Shown here: positions 12,828-26,292 of the stretch, in pieces
Layout: each line of letters starts with the position of its first letter
Numbering within the stretch: position 1 is the stretch's first letter
Source: Girardia tigrina
Lineage: Eukaryota
DNA: 51,278 bases
Direction of reading: 5' to 3'
Assembly: GCA_001938485.1 (NCBI GenBank)
Contig: MQRK01236832.1
Span: forward strand, 1 to 51,278
Translations under genes and position numbers: made by a program
The notes under the pieces: generated by a model
Databases searched by the model: none
Told to the model about the DNA's origin: nothing
Seen by the model: the letters and a program-made list of their open reading frames with translations, nothing else

Positions 12828-15039
12828 GACTGATAAAAATCAATTTCCATGGAAATAAATTTACATTTATTTACAATAGAAAATACCAAAATAGCTCTTC
12901 AAACAAATTATGTTCTAAACAATCGACTTACTTTACAGAAATTAAAATTATTTTATTAGATAATATTAAATATTCCCAAAATCAAAATTCCTGGGAAATA
13001 TTTCATTAATGTTACTTATAATTTTCGTATTAAATTATATATTAAAATATTATAAATCTATTTTTGAAAAGATAATTAAATAATTAAACAGTTTATATAA
13101 ACTTATTACTTAAAGTCACCGATCGTAATAACAATATCTTTCAAATTTTATTTTCTGCCTCAACTCAGCTGCCATTCAAACAAAAAATAATCATAATACC
13201 ATTGTTTTTTTTGGAATATATAAAAGTGGTTCAAAGTATTTCGCAGACACTTCCTTAAATATATTATCATTATTATTTAATTGTTTCAAACAGAGTAAAA
13301 CATTCAGAATGAAAAGTTTACAATTTAAAATATTTAATTTAATTATTCATTCATAAATACAAATTAAACTTGAATAATATAATATAATATTTTTTGCTTC
13401 ATAGTTTATTAACAAAATGAGACACAATCATCAAAGAAATTTTTTAAATTATTTTTCGCCTTAAATATAAAAAGAAACTAAAAAAATTAAAAAAATTTTT
13501 TAAGAAAAAAAGAAAGCGAAAAAGGATTTTCTTGTCAAATTAATATCAATAAATAATTAAAAAATGATTTTCCAATCACAAAAATAAATTGTATAATAAA
13601 TAAATGAAAATCTTCAGACCGACCAGACTGGCTTAAAGGAAATTATATTTTAATTTAATATTAAAATTTCAATTGATTAGTGATAAAAATAATTACAGTT
13701 AATTATTTGCTTCATCATATTTTTTTTCTCAAAAATTCAAAATAACTTTTTGGTTTGTTTATTTTTTAATATTTTGTTAAATAAATTCATTAAAAAATAG
13801 GATTTTTTTCTTTTAATTTCCTTTCGCTAATTAAATTAAAAAGAAGAAAATATATTTTTTTTACATTTTGGAAAAGTAATTTATTTATTTAAACAAATAA
13901 CTGAAAATCTAACTATAATTTTTTATTTTTAATTATTAATTTAATTTTTAATTTATTTAAAAAAATTATCAGTTTTTGTGGAAATGTTTTGTCGAGAAAA
14001 GTTTTATTATTAAAAGAAAAACCTTTACCATATTTTAAAGTTTTGAAAATATGTTATTGACATTTAAAATGAAGATTAATTTTGCATCAAATTGATTAAT
14101 GAGACTGATAAATTATTAAAAAAATAATTTACCAAATTAATTAAAACAACAAAATTTATTTAAAATAAACAATATCCGAACTAAATGGACATTCTGAAAA
14201 TTAAATTTAATAATAAAAGTAAAAATATTTTAAAATTAATTAATATAACTAAAAATAGTTTTTAAAAAAATATTACAATATTTTTTTTGAAAAAATATTA
14301 ATTAGAAATTAATTTATGAGGAAATTCAATTTGTTTCACGTTCCAAAATTGTCTATAAACTAATATTTGGATAATAATTAATAATTATTGACCAAATGTG
14401 AAACGAAAATACAAATGATAATTCGAAAAGAAATTAACAAACAAGAAAATATTAAATAAAAAATTTTTATATATAAATATTTTTATTATTTTTTATTATT
14501 TTTAGTATAATTTTGTAATTTAAAAATCTTAAAATGACTTATTATTTTTTTACTGATTTTTTCAATAAAAAATAGTTTTGTGTTTTAAATATTTGATTTG
14601 ATTTTGAACAAATTAAAATACAAATGTTCTTTTAAAAATATCTATTTTTGTAGATTGTATCATATTAGCATATAAGTTAATTTTAAAATTTAATATTGAA
14701 TTGAATTATTATTTATTTTAAGATTTTTATCAAAATAGAGTTTTTAAAATTGTCGTTATAATTGGATTTATTTTATTTTATAATTATGAATAAAACATTT
14801 TCAACATTTCTATTAATGCAATTATAAAAGCTTTTATCTGACTTTTTGGGGTAGAAATTGAGTTTCCTAAATAAAAATGTATATTTAAGTTAGAATGAGT
14901 TATGAATTGAGATAAAATGTAATTTTTAACAAACCATTGTTATATTGAAAAGTTTTAGATGCAAATGAAAAACGCACAAAAATTAAATGATGTTACTTTT
15001 GAAGAGGAAGTAAAACCTGTTTATTGAAAAATATTTCGT

Positions 15040-15520
15040 TGGAAACATGATTTTGCAAACCTTTGTGAAGTCTGTTAAGCATTTACTTAATGAGTGAATG
15101 TCAATACTCTTTCTGAAGTTCTGTATAATTAGTTCTTGACGATATGCAGGTATTTAAGCAGAAACAATTCTCTTCTCTATGTACCTCAAATTCAAGAGAA
15201 TTTCCAGCCCATACTTGTAACCGATTGACTAGGAATAGAACAAGGGAATCAGTATTAAATTGTTTGGTATCCTTATAAAGAAAAGTTTCAAACCAAATTG
15301 ATTAAACAGAATATCATTTGAAAAAAATGGTTTCTTCAAAAATACGTCCAAGCGCCATGCTATTTACACAAAAAGATTAAGTGTTGCCTTACAAAGGATG
15401 AAATAAGAAGCTTGTAAGAAAGATATTGACTTCAGAGGTTACGCTTCTTGACACAGCAGCTTGATTTATTTATGTCTGTATAATTCACTTTGAGTTACAC
15501 AAATATTTGTATCGCTGCAA
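15040..15520 (-). mobile_element. Possible non-LTR retrotransposon C-terminal remnant
   Basis: NRLQVWAG and, across a frameshift, ELFLLKY/PAYRQE resemble the LINE C-terminal pattern HxLxIExGR...HFLLxCPAY. Confidence 0.3.
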
Positions 15521-15799
15521 ACTTGACTTGTAATTCAATTATAAAGAGATTTTGGAAACATTATATGTTGGAAATGTATTTATTAGATTAAAGTCTAATT
15601 ATTTTTCAACAAATTTTATTCAACAAAAAATATTAAAAAGTCTTTTAATGGTTTGATGAGTTTTTAGAGTATAGTTACCATCCGACTCAAGAACTGCTTC
15701 CTATTTGCATAACAGAGTCGATCCTATAGGAAAAGACATTACGATTCTTGAATACCATCCAAACCTTGACATTAGTTGCTAAGACATCCAAATCGTCGA

Positions 15800-16470
15800 A
15801 ATTTTGTTTGTTTGCCAGTTTTTGAACAATCAATTGGATAGCAAGAAAGACAACCTAAGTAGTAGCGTTATCATAGAAGAGGATGTTATGGTTCTTTTTT
15901 CAGTCGTTTAGCCTTGATTGCAACGTGAAGGTGGTCAAGCTAAACCAAATAGACCTCATTAATTATATTTAATTGCCACTTTCAATTTGTTTCTGGAATC
16001 CGCTAATGTTGACGGTGATCATCATCTTTCAATCTATAACAAATTTGAAATGATTTCCCAGGGATTGATTTCTGAGGCCACTTCTTCAGAAACGGAGCTT
16101 GCTCATTTCGTTGCAAGGAATCTGTTAATATGAGAAGATCTTAATCCTTTTTGTTATTAGAGAGTTTGTGGGAACTCATTTAGGCAATAACCAGACGGTT
16201 CCAAGCTTTTTGAGGCACCAAACAATCGTGTATCGTTTGAAATTGAAATCTTGTGCTAACGTTTGTATTGTCAGGCTTTATTACTCTTCCATGACTGCTG
16301 GAAGGGCCTGATCATCAAAATCTGATAGTAGTTCTTTTCCGTCTTCATCTGCTAGGTTTATGTAACCCGTTTTTGAACCTCTTGAACTATCTTCCAACTT
16401 AATTTTTGTTGATGGTTACCTTACCTAAAAGTTTCTTGAAATCGCAAGTGAATCTTCTGCCTTTCAACTT
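15800..16470 (-). mobile_element. Decayed mariner transposase
   Basis: KTGYINLADEDGKELLSDFDDQAL, KKLG..*VP, DSLQRNEQAPFLK match the mariner HTH/WVPHEL region. Confidence 0.7.
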
Positions 16471-17239
16471 TTCTGAAAGTGGTACAATATAATATGGTAA
16501 ATATGAATATGGTTTTAAACACATATTTTTAGTAAATAAACAAATTGAGAAACTTATTTAAAAAAATACTTTTTTACAAAGTATGACGATATTGATGAAT
16601 TAACCTTTTCAATCACATTTTATCATTAGAGGAAGTCAATTATGGTCATCCTGATTTCTTATATTAAGATAATATTAATTATTTGTTATTGGTAACGTGG
16701 TATTAACTGGACAAAAAATAAATAAATATATTAATTAAAAATTAATAATAATGAGCCGTTGCATATTATCTTCTTATTTAACTTTTAGTCAAAGTTTTAT
16801 CAATTTTTCTTATGTTATACGAATGAGTCAATTTATAAAAAAGGAACATATCCTTTGTCGGGTGATTAAGCCGTTTTACTTAATTTTATCCGAATGAAAA
16901 GCAAAAAATATTAAATAGGGAAATATAATAATGAGGAACGACTGATGAAGAAGTAGCAGTTTTATTTCTCTTTTTTCTTCAAAGATTATAATTTGTTCAT
17001 CGGAACTTGTAGACTTTTATCTAAATTGGAAAATATTTCCTTTTATTTCATTTGGGATTTAACCTCTTTTTCTCTAGATAATAACAATATTATTTTTCAA
17101 TGTTTTGTTTGGTTGAATTTAAAAACTTTAAAAGCCAAACAAAAAATGTAACTTTCCTTTTATAATAATAATATTTCTTAATTTTATAAACATTTTCTGT
17201 CTAAGGTATCATATAATTATACTGAATAATTTCTGATTT

Positions 17240-17560
17240 ATATTATAGTGACGAAATCCTTTCATCTCATCGTCGATCCATTGAACAACCGTTCCCGGGC
17301 AAAAATCATCTTCCTCCATTCTTGCTACATTATCTTATAGTTTACGAGCTATCGCAATTGATAGTCCAAAATTATAAGATATTTCATTAGATTTATATTT
17401 ACGATCTCTCATAAAAAATATTTGTTTGATACTGTCGATCGGTATAACATCTCACTTTTTTTCACTCTTGGAAGAAGTATTCTCGCAGAAGGTTGTTCTT
17501 CATTTTTCCTTGTGAAGAATGTTGTTTTATTCCTAATTAAACTTATTCTTTCCCGTTATT
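17240..17560 (-). mobile_element. Possible Tc1 remnant
   Basis: FARER/VQWIDDE resembles Tc1 RLxFAREHxxWxxxxW. Confidence 0.35.
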
Positions 17561-17809
17561 TTCCTCGATAAATACATATATAGTTTGGAAAATCATTTAT
17601 TTCGTGTCATTTGTTAAATATTAAATTTGAATCGTAAGAAACATCGAAAATTTGTCTAGCTTTTGATTGAAATTTATTATAGCTGATTATTTGAAATTTT
17701 ATCAAACTTTGATTTATTTAAAAAAAATATTTATCGAAATGTTTTTTTTTAATTTTGTATTATAAATTTTACTGAATAAGATAAAACAATTTTTCGATCA
17801 TTTGATGAG

Positions 17810-18050
17810 TGAACATTTAATACGCCATTTTAATACGAACCTGAGCCCAAGATTTCAATTTCAACCGATACACGCTTGTTTGGCGTCGCAGAAATCTTGG
17901 AACCGTGTGAATATTACCTAAATGGGTTCCCAAACTCAAAAAAAAAGATGGAAATCTTCTCGTATTTACGGATTCCTTGCAACGAAATGAGCGAGCTCCG
18001 TTTCTTAAGAAGTGGCCTCAGAAATCATTTGAGAAATCATTTCAAATGAC
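17810..18050 (+). mobile_element. Mariner fragment, inverted relative of ~16040-16270
   Basis: Shared strings CAAGATTTCAATTTCAA..GATACACG and GATTCCTTGCAACGAAATGAGC.AGCTCCGTTTCT.AAGAAGTGGCCTCAGAAATCA. Confidence 0.7.
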
Positions 18051-18089
18051 ATTTCTTATAGATGAAACAAAATCCTTTAATATTTAATT

Positions 18090-18273
18090 AGTCACGGCCA
18101 CTCTACCGCTATCACTATTTGGTCGACAAGGAAACCTGGATCGAGCTTAAAAGTCCCTGTTTGAGAATATAAAAAATAGTTAAAAGTTTAATAGTTATGA
18201 AATTGTATGTGTAAATTATTTATGTTTAATTGAGCTTTTGTAAATATATAAATATAAGTTGAAATTGTATGTT

Positions 18274-18326
<53 letters not shown>

Positions 18327-19065
18327 AGGAAATTGTTTAAATGTATAAAATTGTAAGGAGTTTTAGGAAACTAATAAAAATAATGAAAGATATCTGTTTT
18401 TATTTAATGAATTATATGCGATTAAATATGAATTAAGAAAATCCACCTTTGCTTGTTAAAAATGAAGATTTTACTAAGCTTGATGATTTAAGTAACCTCT
18501 GTAAACTCCTAAGTAAAGAGTTAAATGAAAGTCAAACTGATTTATTAATAAAACATGAAAATACTGAAGAAAAGATTCTGGATCTTGAATTAAAAATTGC
18601 TATCGACTCGGAAATAGAAAAAAATGAAGCAAGAATTAAACCAAATTACTGCTAATGTGTAGAGCAGCGACGATCGGGACAGGAAAAATCAGATACTCGT
18701 GTTTTGCCTGGCCAGTGGGTGCTAGAGCAACCCGACTACCTGGACCTTGCACGGCCCACAGCGCTGTCATAACCGGGAACGGTCAAATGCTCGTAATCGG
18801 GGGACGATTTGGAATCCGAGACTCGTCCGCGACCGTCGGGTCCAGTCAGCTCTTTAGTCTCGATTTGCGAAATTTCAGTGGACCGAACTCGCCCTTCTCA
18901 ATAAAAAATTGACATTGTTAAAATCTTAAATATTGATTGGGAACTTTCCAAAACTGAATCTGCAGGTTATAAAAAAGTCGATTAACGGAAACCCACATCA
19001 AGACAAGAGTTGATGAGCTCTGGGGGTGGCTACCACTCTCGACCTACCGCTCTGTGATCCCTGAA
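18090..19065 (+). pseudogene. Fragments of a kelch-repeat (attractin/MEGF8-like) gene
   Basis: LYRYHYLVDKETWIELKSP (~18100-18160); LPGPCTAHSAVITGNGQMLVIGG...SSQLFSLDLRNF/QWTEL with a 1-nt frameshift (18735-18895); LMSSGGGYHSRP (~19011-19046). GC visibly higher than the flanks. Confidence 0.6.
18278..18320. repeat. (TA)n microsatellite
   Basis: Direct observation. Confidence 0.9.
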
Positions 19066-19516
19066 TATAAAATAATTTTTTAAGAAGATATTTTATAGAG
19101 TTTAGATATTCTTTTGAAACAATTGCCTTAATTGTTAGTTATTTTAAGTGCCTTATTTATGAAACCACATTCCACCATATTCAATTGTTGCGTTGAAACT
19201 TTGTTAGTTATATTTTATTTTTAAAAATTTTTGATTGAAATATTTGTCTTTTAAAAGACGTCTTATTTCTTTAGAGTTTTTTTATATCCAATTATTTATT
19301 GTTGTTAAATTTTAACACATTTTAAAAAACATATATGTTTTGGACTGTTGAAAATTTAAAGTTAGAACATAAATTTAAACTAAAAAGAATCATAATTTTT
19401 ATAATAATTTTTTTAATGTTCTTTTACTTATTATAATTCAGTGCAACTGTTTAGAAATAAATAAAATTTTCTGAAGCTTTTTGGTAAAATAAATTTATAA
19501 ATTGATCGTTTTCAAG

Positions 19517-19559
19517 TTATCTGAGTGTTTATGGAAGGACACCCGGTCGTGGACAGAAT
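19517..19559 (+). CDS. Candidate small internal exon A of the protocadherin-like gene (YLSVYGRTPGRGQN)
   Basis: GC-richer patch bounded by ttttcaag| and |gtaaat. Phase-compatible with the downstream exon chain. Confidence 0.4.
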
Positions 19560-19854
19560 GTAAATGTCTAGAATTTATTAAAAGAAAATTATGTTTTAAT
19601 TATGAAATTATAAAAAAATCAAATTTCATTCTAATCGCTTAAGCTAGAAAAAATTTTTTTCTGAGAAAATATATAGCTTATATTATAAATGAAATTCGTT
19701 ATCATCTTTTGGTGAATTTTCATTTAAAATCAAATATCAAACACAGAACTATTTACTCTGACAGAAAATATTCAAATATTTTGATGTTTTTAAGTTAAAA
19801 TTTATTATATTTTATTTTTAGTTTTATTGTTAGAATTACAAAAATTATTTATAC

Positions 19855-20310
19855 TATGGTTTTCGCAGCCGTAAGCTTTTGCTGACCGTTTTTGAGCAGC
19901 TGCTTAAGATTCTGAAGAGCAATTTTGAAAAGCGAGCACTACTGAGTAAAAGACATATTAGACGAGCTTTTTGAAGCCGTTCCGTCTTCATCGCTTTGTT
20001 CTGAAGCTTTTTATTACGAAGTGATCGTGAAAAATTCCTATTCGCGATTTCTTTGTGGCTTTATTTCGAACGCTACTTTTTCAAATACTAAGCTCCTTGG
20101 TTTTTGTGCGCATTTATTATTATGAATTCTGTTCGTACGTTTTCCGGAGTAGTTTCACTGATTGAACAGCCTATTTGAAAATGGTATCCGCTTCCGCCTA
20201 TCTTCTTGTAATGTTTTAAGCAATTTCAGACGTTTTTCCTTTTTGTAATCAGTCACACAAACTATGCCGGTTGTCTTCCTTCTTTGCAATTACAATTTGA
20301 CCATAGTGAT
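19855..20310 (-). mobile_element. Decayed Tc1 transposase N-terminal remnant
   Basis: QKGKTSEIA/KTLQEDRR resembles Tc1 GxSTLEIAKxLxRDHRT. Downstream sequence is scrambled. Confidence 0.45.
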
Positions 20311-21316
20311 ACGTTGATTTTCACAAAACATAACTTCAAAGTTACTAGAAAAAAGAATACAAAACATTGTGAACCAAAATTAAACAAGGAATGTAAATTA
20401 TAATTTTCTAAAAAACCAACTGAATAAATAGTTAATAAGGATGCCGATAATATTAATTGTGAATAGAATATGATCGAAACATTTGTTGACTGAGAAATTT
20501 ATATTTGGTGCGAATCAGAATTATTGATTGATCCCGGACTTGATCCCTGACTTGACTTGTTTTGATTAATTTGGAAGATAAATTTTCGACGAATGTGAAA
20601 TTGTAAATTATCAAATAAAGAGTTGTTGGGTATAATGGGTTTGTGATTAAGATCATGACTAAATTTTATTTATTTTACAACTTTCGTTATATAAACAAAA
20701 TTAGGAGGAAAAATATTTTTAGTTTGCATAAATCAGATTTTAAAATTCTAAATATAAATATAAATATCGATATATGTAAATGTTATTTTATTAAGTTTTG
20801 TATAAGTCATATTTTGATTTTTTTTAATTTTTACAATGTTTATTTATTTAAATTTGATTGTGGTTCTTTAAAACTATTTGAATAAAAAATTTGCTGTTAA
20901 AATTAAATTCCTAAATAATTGTTATTCCTACTTTAATTTTTTAAATCATTCAATTATAAATTATTTTTTTTAATATATTATGAATATTAGTTTACGATTA
21001 ATTTCAATAAAACATTATGATTTTTCATTTTAAAAACTTAGTTTTATAAAAGTATTCTTTAAGCAATTATAAAATTAATGTTATCAAAATAATTAGTCCA
21101 TTTATTATTACATTTTACATTGTCTATAAAATATTGTTTAATATTGATTTCTGAAAATTAATTTCAACAAAACAGTTATTTCTATTTTGATTTTTTTTAA
21201 AAGTTAATTTTATAAAAAATTATGTAAATTGAGTTTCTAAAACTTGTGAAAAATTATTTTAACTTATCTTTACTATAAATATGATTTTCGATTTAAAAAT
21301 GTCCATAAATTTAAAG

Positions 21317-21359
21317 TTCACCAAAAGACCCCGAAAAGGGCCTATAGACATTATGATGA
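21317..21359 (+). CDS. Candidate small internal exon B (FTKRPRKGPIDIMM)
   Basis: aaag| ... |gtaagt with a consensus donor. Phase 0 start and phase 1 end fit exons A and C. Confidence 0.4.
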
Positions 21360-22465
21360 GTAAGTTAAAATTTTCAATTAGCCAAATAATTTATAGATTT
21401 ATTTTAATTTTAAATTTTAAAAAAATTAAATTAATACATAAGAATATATAAAGTTTGTTAAACTTTATAAAGTTAAAAAAGTTTAAAATGATGTTTTAAG
21501 AAAACAATAAAAATCAAATAAGTATATAAAACTAGACATTATATTAAATCGATATATTTGAATAGGAAAATGATTAATAAAAATTGTAAAATAATAATTT
21601 TAAAATAATAAACGGGTTAAAATTTATAATATTTTTAAGAAATAATTTAGAAAATAACGAGCTTATTTGTTAATTAAAATTTAATAATTTTTATAATAAA
21701 ATTTTATAAATAAATTTTTGGTGTTAATGATGAATTTGGATTCTGAAACGATAAATAACAATCATGGCATAAAATCGACTAATTTTCTTAATAAATTCTT
21801 TTAAAAATTTACCCAAAACCTTCAAAAGATGAAGTTTAAACGCTTTTTATCTATAGTATGTGTATCCTATTGTTCATTTTTTTTAATCATACGTTCTTTA
21901 CCATTAATAACTTGTATACCGCATTTTTCATATAAAATAAATGTGTTAATGTTTATTTTTTATTACATTCTACCAAATATCCATCCTAATTAGAATTCTA
22001 AAGTATAAAAATACTCTACCATGCTTGATAAATAAGTTTGGACAAATAATAACTATTGTGAACTGATTTTTATTATAGCTGACTTATCATACAATTTGGA
22101 TTTTTTTTCATTTTAAAATTTACTATTCCTTTCGAAATCCTTCTATTACAAAATCAAATGATCTGTGAGCTAACTGGTTAATAATTGGTACAAGAAATAC
22201 ATGAAAGCATTTATATTTCATCGCGTCTAATAAATAAAAAATATAAATAATATGAAAAGTTAAATTTTAAGTAAACGGTAAAGTTTTCAAATATCTTCTG
22301 AGAAAAAGACTTTAAAATAAGTGAAAAAGTTTACAGATTATTTAGATGACTTTTTTTATTTTAAAGGAACAATTCTTTTAATTACTTTTTTGGTCGTCTA
22401 TATTACATCGTTTCAATTATATTTTCAGTATTGAATTTTAGAATTTTATTAGAATTTAGTAAAAA

Positions 22466-22849
22466 TCAAATTATTAAAAATCCATAGCATTTGATTTGTC
22501 TTCTTTCTGTACAGTCTCTCCTAATATGCCCATCCATTCCACATCCGAAGCATTTCCTAGTCTCCCGTTGTCTATTTGTTGCGCTCGAGTATTGGTTTCT
22601 CTCCCAGTTTTGATCATTAGTATATCTGTTCTTTTCCCTGCTCCCGATTCTTGTATGCTTTTGTTCAAATCTATTATTATTTTGAGTAACAGCATCCCTG
22701 TAACTCCTGGGTATGTTCTGCGTTCTGTTCTCTCTCACTACGTTTATCTGATCCTCTATATTCTTAATCTCGTGTATCATTTTGATCTTTTCTTTTATTT
22801 GTTCAACTCCTTTTACATTATTCTTCCGAACTTCTTTCTTGATATCCAT
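22466..22849 (-). mobile_element. LTR-retrotransposon gag fragment with CCHC zinc knuckle
   Basis: RKCFGCGMDGHIRRDC followed by a truncated second knuckle (IKCYG). No pol or LTRs seen. Confidence 0.8.
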
Positions 22850-23700
22850 ATCATAATAATTTTACATTTTTTGCAAAAAATTTTACAAAATTTTTACCTT
22901 GAAATAATTTTGCATTTTTTTACAAATAATTTTACAAAATTTAAAATGTAAAATACTTTTACATTCTTACGAAACTTTATCATAAAAATTAATTAATTTA
23001 AATTTACAATAAGCCCTTTTATTAAAAATATTAATCCGTTAATTATTTATTTTAAACTTTATTTAAACTTATTCCACTTATAAAATATATTAATTGTTAG
23101 TAATGTAAATATATTTTAAATACGTATTTATTTTATCATATTTTTACTCTGCATCTTAATTTTCTAATTTATTTCCTTTAAATTTTCAAAACTAAAAAAA
23201 CAATACACTATTTTGGCGAAACTTAAAACTAACCCCTCATAGTGATATTTGATTTGGTTGTTTCACTAAATAATATTAAATTACAATCTGATTTTAAGTT
23301 AAATTAATTCTAAAAACTTTTATATTCAACTAGAATTAAGTACAATATTGTTTTTACCTTAATTTATGTTAATCCTAAAATTTTATAGGTTAAACTTTTG
23401 TAGATAAAATTTAAAATTTATTTAGTAGTTTTATTTCAAAATGTTTTTCAACAAAAATTTGTAAAATCTAGTTTAATGAAGTATTTTTTTAATTTTTAAA
23501 ATTATAAAAGTTTTAATGAAATATCTTTAAAATTTTTTGAGCGTAACTTTTTCAAATTTCCAAAATTTACGAGCTCACCAAAATCCTAACAAATATCATT
23601 TGTAGTTAACGCAAAATAGTATGTATTATTAGTGGTTCTTATATATCACTACTTACATTATGTAATAAATGTTCATGAAATTTAAGATTATATATATATA

Positions 23701-24310
23701 CAGGGTGCGGCAGCTATTTGAGAACGCGTAATATAGACACCATATCTTTTTGTGTGTTATAATTACATAATTTTATTTTTGCTGGTAGACATGGCAGAAG
23801 CTACTCTNNNNNNNNNNNNNNNNNNNNNNNNNNNNNNNNNNNNNNNNNNNNNNNNNNNNNNNNNNNNNNNNNNNNNNNNNNNNNNNNNNNNNNNNNNNNN
23901 NNNNNNNNNNNNNNNNNNNNNNNNNNNNNNNNNNNNNNNNNNNNNNNNNNNNNNNNNNNNNNNNNNNNNNNNNNNNNNNNNNNNNNNNNNNNNNNNNNNN
24001 NNNNNNNNNNNNNNNNNNNNNNNNNNNNNNNNNNNNNNNNNNNNNNNNNNNNNNNNNNNNNNNNNNNNNNNNNNNNNNNNNNNNNNNNNNNNNNNNNNNN
24101 NNNNNNNNNNNNNNNNNNNNNNNNNNNNNNNNNNNNNNNNNNNNNNNNNNNNNNNNNNNNNNNNNNNNNNNNNNNNNNNNNNNNNNNNNTTCTTGGTGTT
24201 GTTAGCAGCGAAGGTGACGTCATGCCTCCACATTTCTTTAGTGCAGGTGCTAGGGTGAATGCAGTTGGTTACACAGAGGTGCTACGCACGGTTGTTAAGC
24301 CTTGGATATT
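23701..24310 (+). mobile_element. maT/DD37D-type transposon, gapped and 3'-truncated
   Basis: TA-CAGGGTGCGGCAGCTATTTG left end. After the gap, LGVVSSEGDVMPPHFFSAGARVNAVGYTEVLRTVVKPWI. Confidence 0.8.
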
Positions 24311-24354
24311 TATTTATATATTTATATTAAAGTTCCATTTTATTTTATTTATAA

Positions 24355-24655
24355 ATATTAAAAAGTGAACGCCATTTTTCACAATTTATTTTCGTAATTA
24401 ATTTCGGCGGATTACCCGCCATCTTCAGACTAAATTAACACTGGCTTTTTGCAGCTTATATATGAGTAAGTGATTATGTAATCAATCATGTAATAATGGC
24501 TCTATTTGAAAATGTTTAACAGAGAAGTTGAGTGTGAAGCTTGAATATTAATTTTTGGATCCATGGATCTCATTAATAAGGCCTCACACGTTACTCTCTC
24601 CCAGTAATTTTTAAATCGATTACACAGAATTTTAAAACAGTCCTTATTTATAAAT
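24355..24655 (-). mobile_element. Penelope-like element 3' end / pseudo-LTR
   Basis: INKDCFKILCNRFKNYWERVTCEALLMRSMDPKINIQASHSTSLLNIFK*, followed by a hammerhead. Same family as 2861-3265. Confidence 0.85.
24383..24436 (-). ncRNA. Minimal type I hammerhead ribozyme motif (best-preserved copy)
   Basis: AATTTAGT-CTGAAGA-T-GGCGG-GTAAT-CCGCC-GAAA-TTAAT-T-AC-GAAAA-TAAATT: perfect 5-bp helix II, palindromic helix III, bulged helix I. Confidence 0.82.
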
Positions 24656-25139
24656 AATTGTAGTATATAGATAGAGAGAAACTAACTTAATTTCTTTGAA
24701 AATGTTTATTAATTAATGAAAGAAAAGTAAATTAAAGTGTTTCTAAAAAAGTCATAATTATTTAATGTCATTTTTTTTATTTCATAATATATTCATAAGT
24801 TTCACATTAAAATTGCTTTTTTGAGACGAAATATATCGAGACTTAATATAATATATTTCAATCTTATATCCGTCAAAAATATTTTACGCTGTATAATATT
24901 TGCGTGTATACATCAATTAAAACAAATAAATATCAAATGATGACATTGAGTTGAATTTTTATGGAAATTTATTCGGGCAATAATATTTATTAACAAAGTT
25001 ACATTGATACAGTTTTAATACAAATAATACTAAACAAAAGAAATTACTATTAATATTAGTTATTATTATTTATACTAAATTTCTATTAAAATATGATAAT
25101 TAACTAAATATAGAGATTATTTTCTTATTACAATAAAGA

Positions 25140-26292
25140 AAAATATGTTTCCAAAGTATTAATTTGTAGAAAAAGTAATTCATTGTTTTGATCCATTATT
25201 TATCGATCAAACAATTTATTCTCTTTGTCAAAGCTACATTTCACAGTAAAAATATTTTTTGTTTAATTTCGGTTCTGAGTTAAAAATGAAAATCAACAAA
25301 GAAAGGATTCGGTACATTTTACAGTTTTTATTCGATGAAGGCAAAAATACAAGCGAGACTGCAGTGATTGCGAATGGTGTTTATGGTGCCAATACTGAAA
25401 CAGCTAATTAAAACGAAATTTTGGTTTCTTCTATTCCATGGAGGCATTTTTCAGGTTAAAGACACACCTTGCTCAGGTAGGCTGATCCTCAAAAATGTCG
25501 ATAAAATCTCGACAATGATCGAAGTTGACCGGCATGTTAGTAGTCGTGAATCGCCCAGGAACTAATGTGCGACAACAATACCGTTTTAAATCATTTTGGC
25601 ATAACATGATTTAAAATGAAACTCGATATTTGGGTGTCACACTAATTAACACAAAAAAACATGATGGATCGAATTTCCTTTTGCAAAGCCTTGTTCAAAC
25701 GAAATGAAATCGACCCATTTCTTAAACGGATGGTTACCGGAGATGTGAAATGGGTCACATACGACAATATTGTGCGAAAACGATAGTGATCAAAGCACAG
25801 CGAAGTAGCTCAAACGGTGGTCAAAGTAGGACTAACGGCCAGGAAGGTTCTAATTGTGTATTTGGTGGAATTCGAAAGGAATCATTTGTTATGAGTTACT
25901 TCCTTATGGTTAAACACTAAATTGAAATCTGTACTGTTAACAACTAAACCGGTTGAAGCTAGCGATTTATGAAAAACAGCTAGATTTGGCTAACAGACGA
26001 GGCGTTATGTTCCATCAGAACAACACCAGACCACACACGATTGTATTGACTTGCCAGAAACTCAAGGACCTTTGTTGGGAAATTTTAATGCATCCACCAT
26101 ACAGTCCGGACCTGGTACCAAGCGATTACCACCTTTTTCTCTCATTGCAAAGTTTCCTGAGTGATAAGAAATTGAGATCAAGAGAAGATAGGGAAAATTT
26201 ATCACTAATATTTTTCGCCAATAAGACCCAAGATTTTTACGAGAGATGCATTTGGAAGCTACCTTCAAAATGACAGCTAATCATAAAACAAA
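25140..26292 (+). mobile_element. Mariner (mellifera-subfamily-like, second family), pseudogenised, right TIR lost
   Basis: ATG 25286 MKINKERIRYILQFLFDEGKN; KLDIWVSH, MVTGDVKW, HQNNTRPH, HPPYSPDLVPSDYHLF, KLPSK*. Confidence 0.92.

Noticed and set aside
13611-13640. GC-richer patch TCTTCAG|ACCGACCAGACTGGCTTAAAG as a microexon
   Set aside because: Followed by GA rather than a GT donor.
19855-20310. Apparent stop-codon reassignment (frequent in-frame TAA/TAG in coding-like DNA)
   Set aside because: Stops co-occur with frameshifts and differ between paralogous TE copies, so this is neutral decay. Candidate host exons are stop-free in the standard code.
20643-20885. Short F/I/K/N-rich ORFs (also 28081-28308, 37595-37819, 39155-39394, and antisense ORFs over transposases such as 22496-22951)
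   Set aside because: Expected by chance in very AT-rich DNA, or shadows of TE ORFs on the other strand.
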